Notes: a model not told the origin generated them from the letters alone. A DNA stretch of 63,275 bases, filler included, from Choristocarpus tenellus KU-1152 (GCA_964200185.2; 11 parts of 11 records of this genome joined end to end with filler, not necessarily neighbours in it), one strand, 5' to 3'. Shown: positions 12,994-27,770, counted from the whole stretch's first letter. Program-made: numbers and translations.

Positions 12994-15900
12994 TTTAAGA
13001 ATACTAACGTCCAACAATTTCAGATTTTATATCTCAAAAAATTGGAGGGTACCATTTTTTTTTTGACCTCTTGGTTTCTGGACATTGGAAACGTACAAGA
13101 TCAATTATGTCCTACCACCACTTTTGGCATGGATTCCCATTCAAAAAGGGTCCTTAAAAAGTGCCGCAACATTTACAAAAAAAAAATATAATGGCACTTT
13201 TTCCGCACCATTTTCGGTCAAAACCATCCTCAATAGTACGCTCCATCCTCAATTTTTAAAATCCACTGTTATTATTACAACCTGTATGTATCAATTTAAC
13301 ACCATTCAGGACAATAGTGAGCATGCGATAAATGCGATACATTTGCAACCAAAAAGACATCATATTCATTGTGCGGTTCAAGAAAAAACTTTGGTACACA
13401 AACACCATGAAAAATCGGAAGATAGTGATAGTAATGGAGTGATATACAGTTGAAAATTGCTACATATAATTGTTGAATGTTCCACTAGTGGAACTTGATC
13501 GTTGGGACCTTGGCTGGTTTGATTAATGCGAGTAATATATATATTTTGTTGACTGCAATTAATTAGAGGATCATTTGTAACCATTATTAGACTAGAAAGC
13601 ATTGTGTTCTACCAAATCCACTTCTTCCTACATAAATTAATTAGTTAGTGGTCAACCAATCTAAGTGTTACACTTCGACTGCATTATAGAGCAAGTTTTG
13701 AAACCTGATGTGTCCTCAACCATGATATGAAGAATCAAGACATTAAATAGATGAAATGGAAGGACCTGGAATAATAGAAATGTCACATAAAAAATATACC
13801 AAAGAAAGAAAAGGCAACAAAAAAAAAACGCCTCAATCAGTACATGAAGGCATTATCCGTCCATCTAGTACTGTGATGATCATTATAAAAGTCAAACGTT
13901 GCCAGGCTCACTAGCACAAAAATATATGTACGTTCCAGCATGAGAGTAACACTATGGGCCATTACTTGAAACTGATTTCTACCAATCAGAACAAACACCT
14001 CCAACTTTTCTATAAGCAGGCAAGTTTTTATCCGTTTAACCTGTGTCCCTAGTGTAGAGAGCATTCATTCAACCGACTTAATGTAAGACCTGTTAATTTT
14101 CCTCCCTACATATATTCGCACCCATAAAGAACGTGCAATACAATAGCGTAACCTGAGAAACAGGTGGAAACAAGCCGACAAGTTCTTCGAAATGAAGGGG
14201 ATCGGGAGGACCCACAGGAGGATAGATCAGAGAGAGACAAATTCAAAGAGAGAGAGCAATCCCTCTAAAGACCACTCAGGCAAAGAGTGAAATGGTAAGT
14301 GGAAAAAGCAAGGGAGGAGGGGGGGTTTGGAAGGGCACTCCAAACCACCCAATCTTAGTTCAAGCAGACTTTACCTTCAACATGCAAAAACAAATGTCGT
14401 ATGAATATTACGATGTTCAAGATAGGTAACCTTCAAGGTATAACTTCCACATGATGTTCAAGATAGGTTACCTTTAGGGTATACCTTTTGTGGAATATGA
14501 CTCTCGCAAACCGCCAATAATATTATACTTTCCATAAATATTTTTAAAATGTCTCGAAGACATCCTTGAAACAACGATCTTACTCTGCAGGTCCACAAAT
14601 TCGGTGTGAAATGAAATGTTATTTACTTGCGACACAACCTTGTTTTGAGGGCGATGCACCTGTTCCCTCATCCTTCTACGAAGCATCCTCACACCATCAG
14701 AACGCAAGAGCATTTCACTAGTTCATCCAACAAAAAATACGATAACGTAACATTTCTTCACTCTTAAAAATGACAAGAATCCAGAAGATAATTCTCTCTA
14801 TCACAGCTTGACCTTCAAGAGCTACAATTTAAGCGTTTACCACTGTTGTGACATGAAATATTTCTATCAAAAGCCCGCAATTTAGATGATAATAGAGCGT
14901 TAACCCCATCTTCACCATGGTAAATCAAATCCACCATTGAATCAACTAATACATCCCAATCAAATCTCATTCAAAGGCAAATGCCAAAGACCATATTCAG
15001 CTTACGACCGATGAGCAGGAAGGATTCCCACTTAACCAAACCAATTGAGAGGTACACAGGTTTGGACATTACTGCTTTCTGATCCATCTTTCTTCCCCTG
15101 AGCAATGTACCCCATGCCCCCATTTCATTCCTTCACATGTACAACAATGCTAAGCAAAAACGATTTTACCCCGTTCCACACGCAGGGTGACATCACAATC
15201 AAGCAACAACTCTGCAATTGTACAAAAGAGCGTATTTTTCTCCTCACTCAGGATCCTCAAAATGCAACCTGCCTAGCTCTTAGTTGTTTTGACCCACGGC
15301 TTCACACTTGGAAATGAAGGCAATAAACTAGGTTGGCAATATTTCTTCTGGTATACTAATTCAAATATAGGCCAAAAAAAAGTCAAGTTCATGGAAAAGT
15401 CATGTCATAGATAAAGAAATATCTAACATCCACATACGTTTTTCGTGAAATCGGTGAATTAAAGAAAGGGGCACAAAGCAAGTGCCTGTTACAATACCTC
15501 TAGCTACAAAACATTCTTGTGTTGCCTGTCTTATAAATCAAAGCAAAAATGTTGATACTCTGCTAATTATCTCCAGCATCTTACTTGCAGTCCCTATAAA
15601 AAAAATAACTGGTACTTGCAAAACATAGCAGTACCAGAATGGACGAAGCATACAAATTAGAAAAACAAAAATTGATCTTGACCGAGTGGGTCCCTGCCTC
15701 ACCTCGTTCGAGCACTCCACACATGGTGGGTATCCTACTACCTGCATTAAAAATTAAGAGGTACAGGATATACAATGTTTCCCACAACCAAACAGAAAAT
15801 ACATGTACCAAACCCTCACCAATCCTGTATATATTACACTGAAAGACAACTGTACTGAAGTTGACTACAATCTCGAAAATTGGGAGATAACACAATAGAC

Positions 15901-16663
15901 ACAGGCTGTATCCCACAAAAGCAAGGAACAAACACAATACTTAATCTGTATCACTATCCACTCCCTCAAAAAAACGTACCAACTTGGATGAAACTTGCAT
16001 TCAAAAGACGACGTTTCCTCAGCAGCCTCTGAAAATTTCTGTTTTAAACCAGTAACAAACAATCCACTAACTGTGCAATAAAATCAGCTCTGTGCTGTTT
16101 AGATGAATGTTAATGATCTCAGTAGGTCGAAACAGGGCTTACATTAACCTCCTTCTAACCCCACTCAAACCAAAAAAAGCTACGCAAGAAAGCAGGGTGA
16201 AAACAATAATATGTAGTAACACCTACATTGAAATTGGCTACAGTCTCCATCATGGTTCTATGTTGCAAGGAGAATTTAGAACAATGACAGGTTAACCCAC
16301 TGGCAAAACCGCTCGATAGTCAGGAATGTTACAATATTTCATTGTCCCTTATCTACTTTGCCGTATATTTTTTGTATCATTGATATTGTCGATGAACAAA
16401 ATGTATGCAGGTTCTTAAATTTCAGCTAGGTAACAAACAAGATAATGAAAAAATCATTTGCACCATTAATGTACATTTTAAAAATTCTCAAGAGGGTATG
16501 CATTGTTCCCGGAAACATAGAACAGAGGCAAGGTGTATTCCTTTAACCCACTCAAAACTCTGCAACAATTAGATGGAGGGTTGCAAACTTGGGTAAGGAG
16601 AAAAAGGTTCAAACAGTGTTCAGTCAGTGACACCCATCATTCTACGTATGCAAAATGCACCTG

Positions 16664-17435
16664 ACACAAAAAGTGTGACTTATCTAAATGAACATGGCAT
16701 TCGAGTGACATTTACTCAGCTGCCTCAAATAATTTCCATCTTAATACCAATGGCACACAATTCACTAATGCCAAAACAAAATCGCATTGGTCATGTTTGG
16801 TCAAGTGTGCTTAAGTGTGCAAATGATCTCAGTGAGAGGAAACAGACCACGAAGCAAACCTCATCCAAATACCATGTTCAGCAAGAAGTAGTAACACTTC
16901 CTTCCAAATACAAAATACTTAACAGGAAGACTCCTGCATTGCACCTGACTGCGGTGTCCTCAACGGTTAGTAAGATTGCCCTGCGTATTTAGCGACAGGG
17001 ATAGGTGCAACCTCCTCCTATAATCGTTAGTCAAGAATCGAATAACAAATAAGACACACTGCCTCACTCAATATCAGTAGCTCAAGGCATCACACCATCT
17101 ACCAAAATAACCATCCATCTTCCTCACAAAATGTGACCGATCTAAATGAACATGGCATTCGAGTGACATTAACTCGACTGCCTCAAATAATTTCCATCTT
17201 AAAACCACTTGCACGTAATTCACCAATGCCAAAACAAAATCAACTAAATTTTATTTGGTCAGGTGTGTGTATGATCTCAGTGAAAGGAAACGGGTCGCAG
17301 AGCAAACCTCATTCAAACGCCATGTTCAGCAAGAAACAGCAACACTTACTCCGAGGTAGACAATAATTTACAGGAAGACACCTGCATTGCAGCTGACTAC
17401 ACCATCCTTTGTAGCTAGTAAGAATGCGCTGCGAG
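16664..17435. repeat. Diverged direct duplication (~320-bp units at ~16664-16990 and ~17125-17435)
   Basis: Shared tctaaatgaacatggcattcgagtgacatt...ctgcctcaaataatttccatctt...ccatgttcagcaagaa...caggaagac.cctgcattgca.ctgact. Confidence 0.85.
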
Positions 17436-18885
17436 TGTAACTGAGTCAGATCTGATCCCGAAGCGATGCAGCTGGTGTTCATAGTAGCTACGAATTCAAG
17501 CTATAAATTAGACATTTGTATACCTTACGAGCGAGGGACAAAAACAGCATATTGTCTCATTTTACTTCACACGGCCCTGATTGCGAAGCCATCGAGATAT
17601 TGTATTAGTGGTACTACCCAATTATTCACAAGCTGTTCAACCATCGGCGTCCTATTCCATTTCGCCGACTTAAAAACGTTGACTACGGACGGTAAGTTGA
17701 CACAGGTTTGTACCTTATCAAGGTCAGGGATATACAACTTCCTATAAGCAAAAATATCTCATCTACGGTATTGGCACTACGCCAGTATAGCAATGAATTC
17801 ATTATCAGGAGGGCTTATCATTACTAATACCTACCTTTGGGAGGTTCATGTCTAACCTTAAGCTACAAAATTGGAATGGATCATCCACTCTCACAAGCCA
17901 GTTGAGAGTTGAACCATTGGTATGGTCTTCGGTATCAAAATTTATCGCTGGGTCTGGACATACCGACGCGTATCACGTTTAAGGCGGCAACAGATATAGC
18001 ATTCAGTTCACATCTTTGTTCAAGCCGACCATGGACATATTGCTCGACCACTAGGAGTGCGTTGCACGTACGTCCTGCCGTGAAAGTGAACGAGAAATGG
18101 AGCGTGGTCAGAGGTTGACAACATAGACGGAAAATAAATCCCTCACATCCAATTATGACCCGAAAGAGATGAAGGCTGAGATTCGTGTTCAATATTCCGC
18201 GCGTTTACAGAAACACTACTAAGATGAGAAACGTCGTGCGACAGATTTAATAATGGCAGTCATGCTTACCGAGAAGGACATGGAGGATTGATAAGAAGGT
18301 GGTGTGTTGATGGGGTGTTGTGAAGATAAGCCGTGGTGGTAGAATGGTTTCGGAAATGAAATGAGAGGCTAACATCACCTTTGTATTCATCAATCCCACA
18401 TTGTTCCAACCAACACGTACATGTTTTGAGGAGAAATTTAGTGATTGGTTTGAAATGTTCATCTACAAAATATTGTCGCTTCATCAAGAAAATCATTCTG
18501 AGATAGATTTATGATGGATAACCAGTGATTGTAGATCCAGGAAAATTTCAAAATTCATGTTTTCTGTATGACTCACTCATACAACACCCCATTTCCTTCT
18601 TCTCATTTTATATGCTAAACTTCGTGCATTTCATACTTTTGAAGTATACAATTCTCAATTTTTATTATTATGCCCTCTGACATTTTGCAGATGTGTCAGT
18701 GGGAAACCAATGAAAACTATATTTGATAGTGGTGAAGTAACTGATTAGTGGTTTCCACGCATTGTCTTATAGTATTCTGATGTTGNNNNNNNNNNNNNNN
18801 NNNNNNNNNNNNNNNNNNNNNNNNNNNNNTTAATTAATTAANNNNNNNNNNNNNNNNNNNNNNNNNNNNNNNNNNNNNNNNNNNN

Positions 18886-19652
18886 GGGGGGTAGTGATGT
18901 GTGTGGAGGCAGCAGTTTCTTGACTTTCCAGGGCCCAACGTGTCATAGCACAGTCGACTGCAGAGGCAGAATACATGGCCATGTGGGACTGTGTGAAGGA
19001 GTTGTTGCTTTTGCGAGGTTTTTTGGAGTTCTTGCAACCTGATAGGACTGGTTCGTGTTATGTAGTGTATAAGGACAACACAGGAGCCATCAATTTGGCT
19101 AACAACCCTTTGGGTTCTGGCAGGACTAAGCATATATAGATGTGCGACATCATTTCCTAAGGAACTTGGTAGGGTAGCCAATGGACAAATAAGGATTGTT
19201 CATGCTAACTCTGATGAGTAGCATGCACATGTGTTGACCAAGCTTTTACCAGAAGTATCTTCTTGGAGGCATTCAGTGAGTTCAATAGCTGGTTGTTTTC
19301 TTGTTATACAAGATTGACCTGAGGAGTCTGGAATCTATAATTGTTTTCATGTAAGTTCTCAAGAGTTGTTTAAGCTAGGGAGGGTGCTCGATTAGAGTCT
19401 TCCAACTCTATCGGACAATTACGGTAAAATATGTATGGAGTAAGAGAACAATCATTAGTGGTTGAGTAATCAGAACATTTTATTAGTGATTAGTTATATG
19501 AGAAAAGCACTCATATATAAAAGGATATATTTATGATTTTATGGAGTGCTGCATGCCCCACTTAACTTTAATCAATCGCTCTACAGGCATCAAGCAATCT
19601 CGCTGGGCTTATCACCTTTATCCTCTTTGATGATTTGGGAGATAGTTTAACA
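18886..19652 (+). mobile_element. 3' end of Ty1/copia element: RNase H, PPT and 3' LTR (~19385-19652)
   Basis: Motifs STAEAEYMA, DNTGAINLANNP and RTKHI(D)VRHHFL. AGGGAGGG is followed by a TG...AACA segment whose 3' end is also found at 11655-11714. Confidence 0.88.
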
Positions 19653-20197
19653 ATATCCGCACACCTGAGGGATTGTCCCCAGTTACCTCCCTCCCCAACC
19701 CCCTATCATTTATCACCTCTTGAACCGATAGGTTCTCCTTTACCCCCCTAGCCAATACCATGCCCCACCACCAAACTCCATCCCACTCGACTGATACTAG
19801 GTGAGATCAAGCGCACAAGAAGATGTTGCAAGGGATACCCAGGAAAGGAAGAAAGAGAATATTTGCCACGTGTTCGTCTGAGAAAAAGGGACTAATATAC
19901 GACCACAAATTGGGTCACACTCCCAACTCAGACCCCCTGGTTGTGTTGATTAGGGTGTGAATCCTACATCTTACATCACCAACGTTCGTCCATTCGTCGG
20001 AAGGTACGATAGTGGCAGGAAGTAAGTTTGCAAGTACAGTATTTTTTTGGTCAGGAGAATTGCCTACAAATCCCACTTTTTGGCACTGGTAATAATTGGC
20101 GCGAACAGAGGGAAAAATAGCACTAGGAAGCTAACAAACATCAGTCGCTGTTTGCACCAAGTGCAAACCAACCCAAAAATTCCAGAGAGAGTGTCAC

Positions 20198-20945
20198 CTG
20201 GTGCAAGGAGGTGCAAGTACCCTCCAACCAATGTCTCTGGACAATATTTCGAGAAAAAAAGTGAGAAGATAGAACAGGTCGTCATCATGTCATAGAGGGC
20301 ACACCCGATACTACCCATGTAGTCAGCTACCCACATACCTACCCACAGCGATTTCACAACGGGGTTCCATTGGTTGTGAGTATAGAGGGAGTGTACGTAA
20401 TATTCGAAACATTGCTCAATCCTGTCCCTAAAAGGAAGTCCTTGCGTGAGCTTCACTTCACTATATAGTTTATCATTTCCTACTAGACTCTACTCATGAA
20501 CTTGCTACTTTAAGAAACCATGCAATATTGATGATGACATATGTATGTAGCTAGTTGTCCGAAGGGTAAATGATGACGGCCACTCACTATTATTGTTGTG
20601 TGAAGGAGTTCTTCTAGAAATGAGGGACCGATGAACTAAACGTCAAATCGGTATCTTGTTGAGGTTTGGCGCATATCCCTACAGCTCTACTACTACGTAC
20701 TACAGTGTGGAGTTTAAACATAGAACTGATTTCAAAGTCATTCAGAACACCTTGCTTGCTTTTTGGAGGTGGTGGATCAAATTGATTTACTTGATAGTCA
20801 ACGAAGACAGTCTAACTGGCACTTACCAATTGTAAGGGAGAGCATCTGTCACATCCATAGAAAATGTTTCCCAGACGGTAGTGGTCACAAACCACTTCAT
20901 ACCCACGTCGTATCCACACCACCCGGAAAATCTGTCTATATGCCA
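20198..20945 (-). CDS. Partial multi-exon hypothetical protein: exons ~20945-20827, 20460-20343, 20236-20198
   Basis: Three phase-compatible GT-AG exons give ...TDALPYNC|EVKLTQGLPFRDRIEQCFEYYVHSLYTHNQWNPVVKSLW|RHWLEGTCTSLHQ. No homology recognised. Confidence 0.4.
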
Positions 20946-23900
20946 CTAGTGGGACTTCTTGGGGGGGGAGATCGGTCGCCGTTTGTGGTTTCTTGCACGT
21001 GTTTTTGACACAAGTTCATAGGGATTGCCGGAGATAACAAAGGGTTGTCCCTTAATTAGGTAGACTAGATAGACGTAGTCATTGTCACGTCTTCCATCGA
21101 ACAATGGTGAGCTGCGCAATCTCTTCACCTTTCGCTTGGAAGTACCTGTCACATGGGCAGACCTGTGGGNNNNNNNNNNGGGGGGGGGGGGGGGGGGGGG
21201 GGGGGGGGAGAAGAGTAGGGATAGCTCGGCCAGCCACTGGGCACTATCCTCAGCAGGTGAAGGAAGAAAGAAGCAGCGAGGGTGTGTGCCTTGGTAAACC
21301 TGAGGGGGCTGTGAAGGGGGAAAAGAGGAAAAGATCAGACTGTAAGCAGGTGCAGTACTTGAGCAGTACGAGGATAAAAGGCATATGGAAGGTGAGGCTG
21401 TGTTACACTATCTTTGTTCACACACCTAACGTAGATGGGGTAGTAGCCTTTGTTTGTAGATGATTAGGCTTGACGATGGCACCATAATGAATTGTCATCA
21501 AATATTTGGCTTTATGGTTTGATTGAGAGTACAAACTGGGACACCAGGCATGGGTACACGGTCTCATACTAACAAAATTAATAAAAGCGGTCACCAATCC
21601 CGTATAAAATGTAGGATTTAAAGTTAATAATAGAGTGAGTTGCATTTAAGACCCATTCCCTGTAACAGTTGTTGGTATGGATTGTACTTGGGGGGAAGAG
21701 GAGAACTTGACCCAACTGAGTGCCCCTCCAGCAGCACCAGGACAGGCCAGTGGTGTCTTGATGAGCGGCAGGGTTGGGCTGTGCTAGAAGGGGTCTATGA
21801 CTGCTAAGTTCAACAAGTGCACATGGATGGCCTAGCTGAGGATACACTCACATGGAACTGTGGGGTCTGTGCGCAACTTCGACCTTCAAAGTAGCTACCA
21901 AGAATTTTAAAACACCACTCAGGAAGTTTTTGTGGATAATAAGCGTGTAACAATCTGCCTTGAACTCTAATTTGCTAGGTTTTCAAAATGACTCATCATT
22001 TCAGCGATCGTGGCAGGTTTTCATGTTCAAATCTCCACTAAATCTTAAATGGTATGTTTTTCGAAATAACGTGACGATATGGACACTCCCCCCCCCCAAA
22101 AGTACCGACCTAAGGTGCTATGGAGGGATGGATTGTCACGGTTGGTAGTGAATCACACATGCTAATATACACACCACTATTGTAAATCACCTTCAGGTTC
22201 AAGCATGAAATGATAAAAAAAATGTAAATCTTCCTAACGTTCTCAAATAATTATGGAGATGAAATCTACGTTCCTGTTAGAGGTCAAAGAGAAGAGGGAT
22301 GGTATGACCCTACCATTATGTGTGTCGTCAGGAATACATGGTAACTCTCACCATGAGTGAGGTACATTCAGAATGTGGATGTCCTACAACGCAATAATGG
22401 GTTCGAGATATGTTTAAATGTTTATTGACTCACCTCTCCACTATGATACCTCACACCCCAGGCCACCACATCGATCTTGCCAACCACAAACGAATCCTCA
22501 AATCTCTCGCCTCTTCTATGTTTGCATGCAACTTTCAGGCGCATAGGGTATTCCCCACACGAAACACTGTTGATAACGAAATAGTCAGATCCATTCCTAT
22601 CCCCATTCCTAATCTGCTTACGTGGTTACATACATCTATTGACAAATGTTGACAAAAAAAAACATATGGGCACTTTCCGCGCACCATTTTGGGTAAAATC
22701 CATCCTCCATTTTCATGATTCGCTGTTAAATTGTATATAGTCAATGTATCTATGGACAATCGACTATTTTCGAGGTGCTACTGTTAGCTGTTTTCCCTTT
22801 TCATTTTGTCATTTCTTCAAGACTCTTCAGCCTTCAATACAATGAAACTAGTAGAGCCCCAACGTATCTTTAAAAGAACAGCTCAAAGTGTAACCAGAAA
22901 GCTCCACTTTCACAGGAAGTTGTACAAGGTGTAAAGCAGGGAAACACCATACTTGTTACCTCCTGCTGCTTGAACTTCGGCTGCAAGAAAAGGGCTTTTG
23001 AGCCTCAAGAATTGCCTAAACAGTATCTTTTAATCTCCTCATTACCACTACCACTCATATCCCGTTCTATATTCAGTATACAGTTGATGCACAAATGAAC
23101 TGTTTCGAGTCCACAAAAGTATACCAGGTCTTGAAGGAGTCGAATTTTACCAACATAAATAATGCTACGCATTCAGTTTCCTACATTCTCAAAGCTATTT
23201 GATGTAACCCCTGTCAATGAGTGCAGTAGCATTGTAAACAAACATGTTCAGCCTATCAGTATATACAACCAGCACATGACTTATGTAAGTAATATCCAAT
23301 GGTTAATAAAAACATAGTCATGGCCGACTGCATACCACACAATAATGGTAGGAAATCAAACAGACAACAAAAACGTCACATCTTTCCAGCTTGACGTCCT
23401 CCCCACAGTGAGAACAGGAGAACCTCGCTGTCCCGGCAACACATATGTAAGTCACTTGTTGCACATGGTCGCTGGAGCAGATGACCTATGGCAAATCCCA
23501 GCTATGTCCCCTTACTATGCCCTATGAGCAATTGAATGCAAAGGCCTCAGTGCTTTGTCTTCTGTCCTCTGTGTGTGCATTCCTTACTATACACTATACT
23601 AAATGTATAAAGTCTTCTCGCAATTCGACAAAAAATATCATATTCAACTTCCACAGTTTAGAACAGGGAGGAATAGGAAACCATTTCAAATCAGACACAC
23701 CCATGGAGAGGTACGGACATTCAGACCACCAGACAATAAGCTCCATAGCAAATCCCTTGTTGTCTCAAAGCTCCTGCCTACAACGGCATGCACACCTGTC
23801 TATAATCCCACCATGTGATCACATGCAATGACCATGAAAGGATCCATATCTTGCAAAACAGGGGAAGCATAAGATTGATCTCTCAGGGGAAAAATACCTC

Positions 23901-24061
23901 ACGTGTGTGAAGATCAATCTTTGGAGTGTTTACCCGTTCTCAAAATTTTGAATCAATATTTGGGTGGGCTCACAAAAAGACTAGAGTGGGTACCACTGCA
24001 AGGGGTGCAGAGGAGGGGCAATGAAAGCACATGTCAAACATGCGATCCATACACCTCCAGG

Positions 24062-25471
24062 TCAACCCATGTGGATCTCTGCAGGAATACCCTGGGAAAT
24101 AGCAAAGGGAAGAGAGGAAGAGAGAGAGAGAGAGAGAGAGAGCACACATCAGTGCAATAAAATAAGAAAAAACATCTTACTGACGCTATCGGACCAATAT
24201 GCACAAGGAAGAGATTGTGTGTCATACACCTGATCAGTCTATAGTACGAACCATGCTACAACTAGTCCACCCAAACTGAAGGGAGGGGGGGGGGGGAGCA
24301 CCATGTATGCTGTGTACACAGCAAGTAGGGGTAATCTTACAAAAGAACATGCTCAATTACTTGACATAATTTTGGGTGAAGGTATGGTGATTAATATCTC
24401 AATGTCACTGAAATATGCCACACATAGTACCAAAGCACAAGACAGAACACACATAGGGTGGGCTTGCCAAACACTAATTTCGAGGGCTGGGAGACCTTGA
24501 TGCAAACACTACTATTGGGATATACGCCCACACCTGCTGACCCATATTCCGCAGGTGGTTCACATGTGCAGAGAAGGCCTCTCTGAACGTGTCAAGGTGT
24601 ATGTAATTCACATTGTACTCCTTACAGACATCTTTGATGATGGGAGCAATTGCTGGGTAGTGGTACTGTTGTGAATGGAAGGAGAGTATAACAAAAAAAA
24701 GGGAGCACAGGAAACACGTCAAGGTCAACGATATTAAGACTTGGATTCCAATGGAATATCAATAACTCTACACAAACATTTACTCCAAATACTTGCTTAA
24801 TTCTCGTGCCTCAATATGCTACTACTCCTCTACATCGCTCGTAGAATCCTCTCTCAGATATACAAACACTTACAAGGGCAGCAATATAATACAATACAAT
24901 ACAAAAATATAAAAATAACAAAATTGGAATGCCAAACAAAAGTACTGAGACAGCACTCAACACTGGAAACACTACAGAGAGAGAGAGAGCACAACGAATA
25001 TCGAGATGGAGAGGGTATAAACTCAACTAAACAAGTAATCAAGGTCAACCCATGCAAAAGGGCAACACGATGTTCCCTCCCACAGCTACTGCTCCAGATT
25101 TTCATCCTCAGATATAGTAGTACCCAATATGAGCACGGACCACAGTTCAACTGTTCAGAAGGACAAAAAAAGACTGCAACCCCAAATCCAAACTCTGGGA
25201 AATTCGGACAAAGTCAACATTACACTCTACAATCTCCACAAAACACATCAAAAGGCGGAGGTGAAAAAACTGGAACAGTTCTTAATCTTTAAAAATACTC
25301 ACAAGTAAAATACGAAAAAACGACAACTAAAGAAAAAAATGAGCCCAAGATGTAGAGGTACCGTACCTGGCTGACCCCAGGGAACAGGTGGTGGGTAACC
25401 TGATAGTTCAGAGCACCAGAGAGGAAAGTCACCAACTTGCTAGAGTGAGCGTAGTCCACGCATGATTTCAC
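24062..25471 (-). CDS. Front-end fatty acid desaturase (Delta-5-like), last three exons: 25471-25367, 24665-24534, 24091-24062; 5' part missing at contig end
   Basis: Third His-box variant GALNYQVTHHLFPGVSQ|YHYPAIAPIIKDVCKEYNV and C-terminus HLRNMGQQ|GIPAEIHMG*, which resembles oomycete Delta-5 desaturase C-termini. All introns are GT-AG, phase 0. Confidence 0.93.
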
Positions 25472-27583
25472 CTGTCGTCGCCATAGAGGGTAGGTAAGCA
25501 CAATAACAGACGTCTTATTCAACCGCACTGGAGCGCAGAGGTTATGAAACGACAACACAATTACCAATCCTAGGGCAGCACGGCGACACGCCTGTCATGG
25601 TGGAAGACAGCCCCTCTTGCATGGTTCGCCCCATGGAATCTCTACCAAATGAGGTGGGGAAAAAAAAATCCATCAAAAAACAAACCGAACAACCTATCGT
25701 GGAAACAAGCATTAACGGGTCAAAGTATCTGGGGGCGGGGCGGGGGGGGGGGGGGGGGGGGGGGGGGGGGCTCTTTGTTGCCTTTTGTTTGTTTTTTTTT
25801 TTTTTTTTTNNNNNNNNNNNNNNNNNNNNNNNNNNNNNNNNNNNNNNNNNNNNTTAATTAATTAANNNNNNNNNNNNNNNNNNNNNNNNNNNNNNNNNNN
25901 NNNNNNNNNTTTGTGTGGCTTTTTTGTTTTGGGGGGGGGGGTGGGTGGGGTGCTGGGAGCAGACATACATGAGTCTACTGCCGTGCCATGTCCCTCTTAA
26001 GTGTTGCAGCAGTTATCACAGGTCTTTTATATATTTTTTATTTATTTGTTGGTGCCGTACATGAAAAGAATAAAAAACAGGTTGAACTTAGGGAGGAAAA
26101 GAATACAAGAGCAATGTGAGATTCATTATATATGCGATTATTGAAGGGGGTCAAGAGAGAGAGAGAGAGAGTCCTTTGTTTTTCTTTTTTCTGAAGGAAC
26201 TTTCTCAGAAAAAAGAAAGCCTTTGAACGTACGCTTCATTTTTTTTTGGTGGGGGGGTGGGGGGGTGGGGGGGTACAGTATGTCGCATTAATTACATCAT
26301 GGTACAATATGTAGTGGTTCACTTCAAGTTAATGTGCTCCAGTGTACATCTTCTAGCTGTGGTGATGAGAAAAGTTTATTTATATTTTTCTGAGCCATGT
26401 ACTAGCTGTGGTAGCATATGCCATCGTATGTCATCATGTGTAAGTAGATGTCATGGTTGTAGGTCTACATCTGTAGGTCTAGATATGTTTACTATCTTCT
26501 GTGTGTTTTTCGTTGCAGATGCAGCACTGGGATGGGGGGGGGGGGTGGGGGTCACTGTTGTTGTCTGGAAGTTTTGATGACCGATGATTGGTTAGTTGCC
26601 CCAATGCAGTTGCTTTTAGAGGTGCAATTGTTTTGGTGTGATAAGTGACATAGGTGGAAGGATAGCAACACGGTATTTGCTTACTATTCTGATGTACCTT
26701 GCATTTGTTTGACGGCAGTACCCTTTTGAGTCATTTTGGACCACTACTATGGTGGCAGTTACGTGTTGGCTTTTTCCTGTATTGGCACTCTCTGTGTTAT
26801 TTTTGGACACACTGCTATACCTTTCATTCTTTTTGCTGGGACTGCTTTTGGGGATGATGGTGTATGTGGTTTCTCTAACAGTAACATGATGGCTTTGACA
26901 CAATGACAAGACTAATGACCTCTTTCCCATTAACTCTATTAATAACATAGTTTACTAATACTGCTAATCTCCTCCGGGTAACAAACAAATGGTGTTTTTT
27001 TTTATCAAGTTGGAAAGAAAAACTGGAGATTACATTTTTTGTGTTGCCCCACACCCCCTAATGGAATTTTGCTTACACTGTCTCCGTGTCCCCTTTTTTG
27101 GAATAATAATTATCTAATAATAATTCTCTTGTGAAGAACTCTTGCCTTTGTGGCAACACTGGTGAGTGGGGATGGGAAGACCTTTGTTGTGTTGAAGAGT
27201 GAGGACATTGTACTGAGTCAAAGTAAACTACAGGGGAACATGTTTTGACCCATGTTTCATTTTTAAGCCATTTTCTCCATTTCTTCCGATTCACCTGTAC
27301 TTTTTTGGATGAAAAGCTAAAAAAAAAATCAAATCACTGAATTTCCTACTGTTACAAAATTATCAGCAGAACTCAGAAAAGTCCATGTATGCATTTGTAT
27401 AAAAAACGATTTTTGCAATTCTTTTGTTGGCATATACTTAGGGTTAGGGTTAGTTATAAATGTAACCCTTGCTACTTTGAATCACTCTTTTGTCTTCATC
27501 AAAAGAGTGACATGGCACGAGAAGGGGAGTGACCTAAAAAAACATCTGAATCATGTCCCCTCCACATCCACAATATGTACACA

Positions 27584-27770
27584 TAACAGCCGATTTCAAA
27601 AATTGAGGATGGAGCTTTTCATTGAGGATGGGCTTGACCCAAAATTGACTGGGATAAAGTGTCGATATATATATTTTTTGTATTGCATTTAAAAAAACAA
27701 AAACATAAAGACACTTTATCCCAGTCAATTTGGGATCAACCCCATCCTCAACTTTTGAAATCGGCTGTTA
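27584..27770. mobile_element. Foldback MITE family D (long TIRs, TAACAG...CTGTTA ends)
   Basis: Near-palindrome with arms of ~60-80 bp. Related copies or half-copies lie at 12622-12815, 13190-13271, 22645-22728, 37384-37453 and 51899-51985. Confidence 0.85.

Noticed and set aside
24816-25292. 158-aa plus-strand ORF
   Set aside because: It lies antisense within a desaturase intron and has low-complexity A-rich composition.
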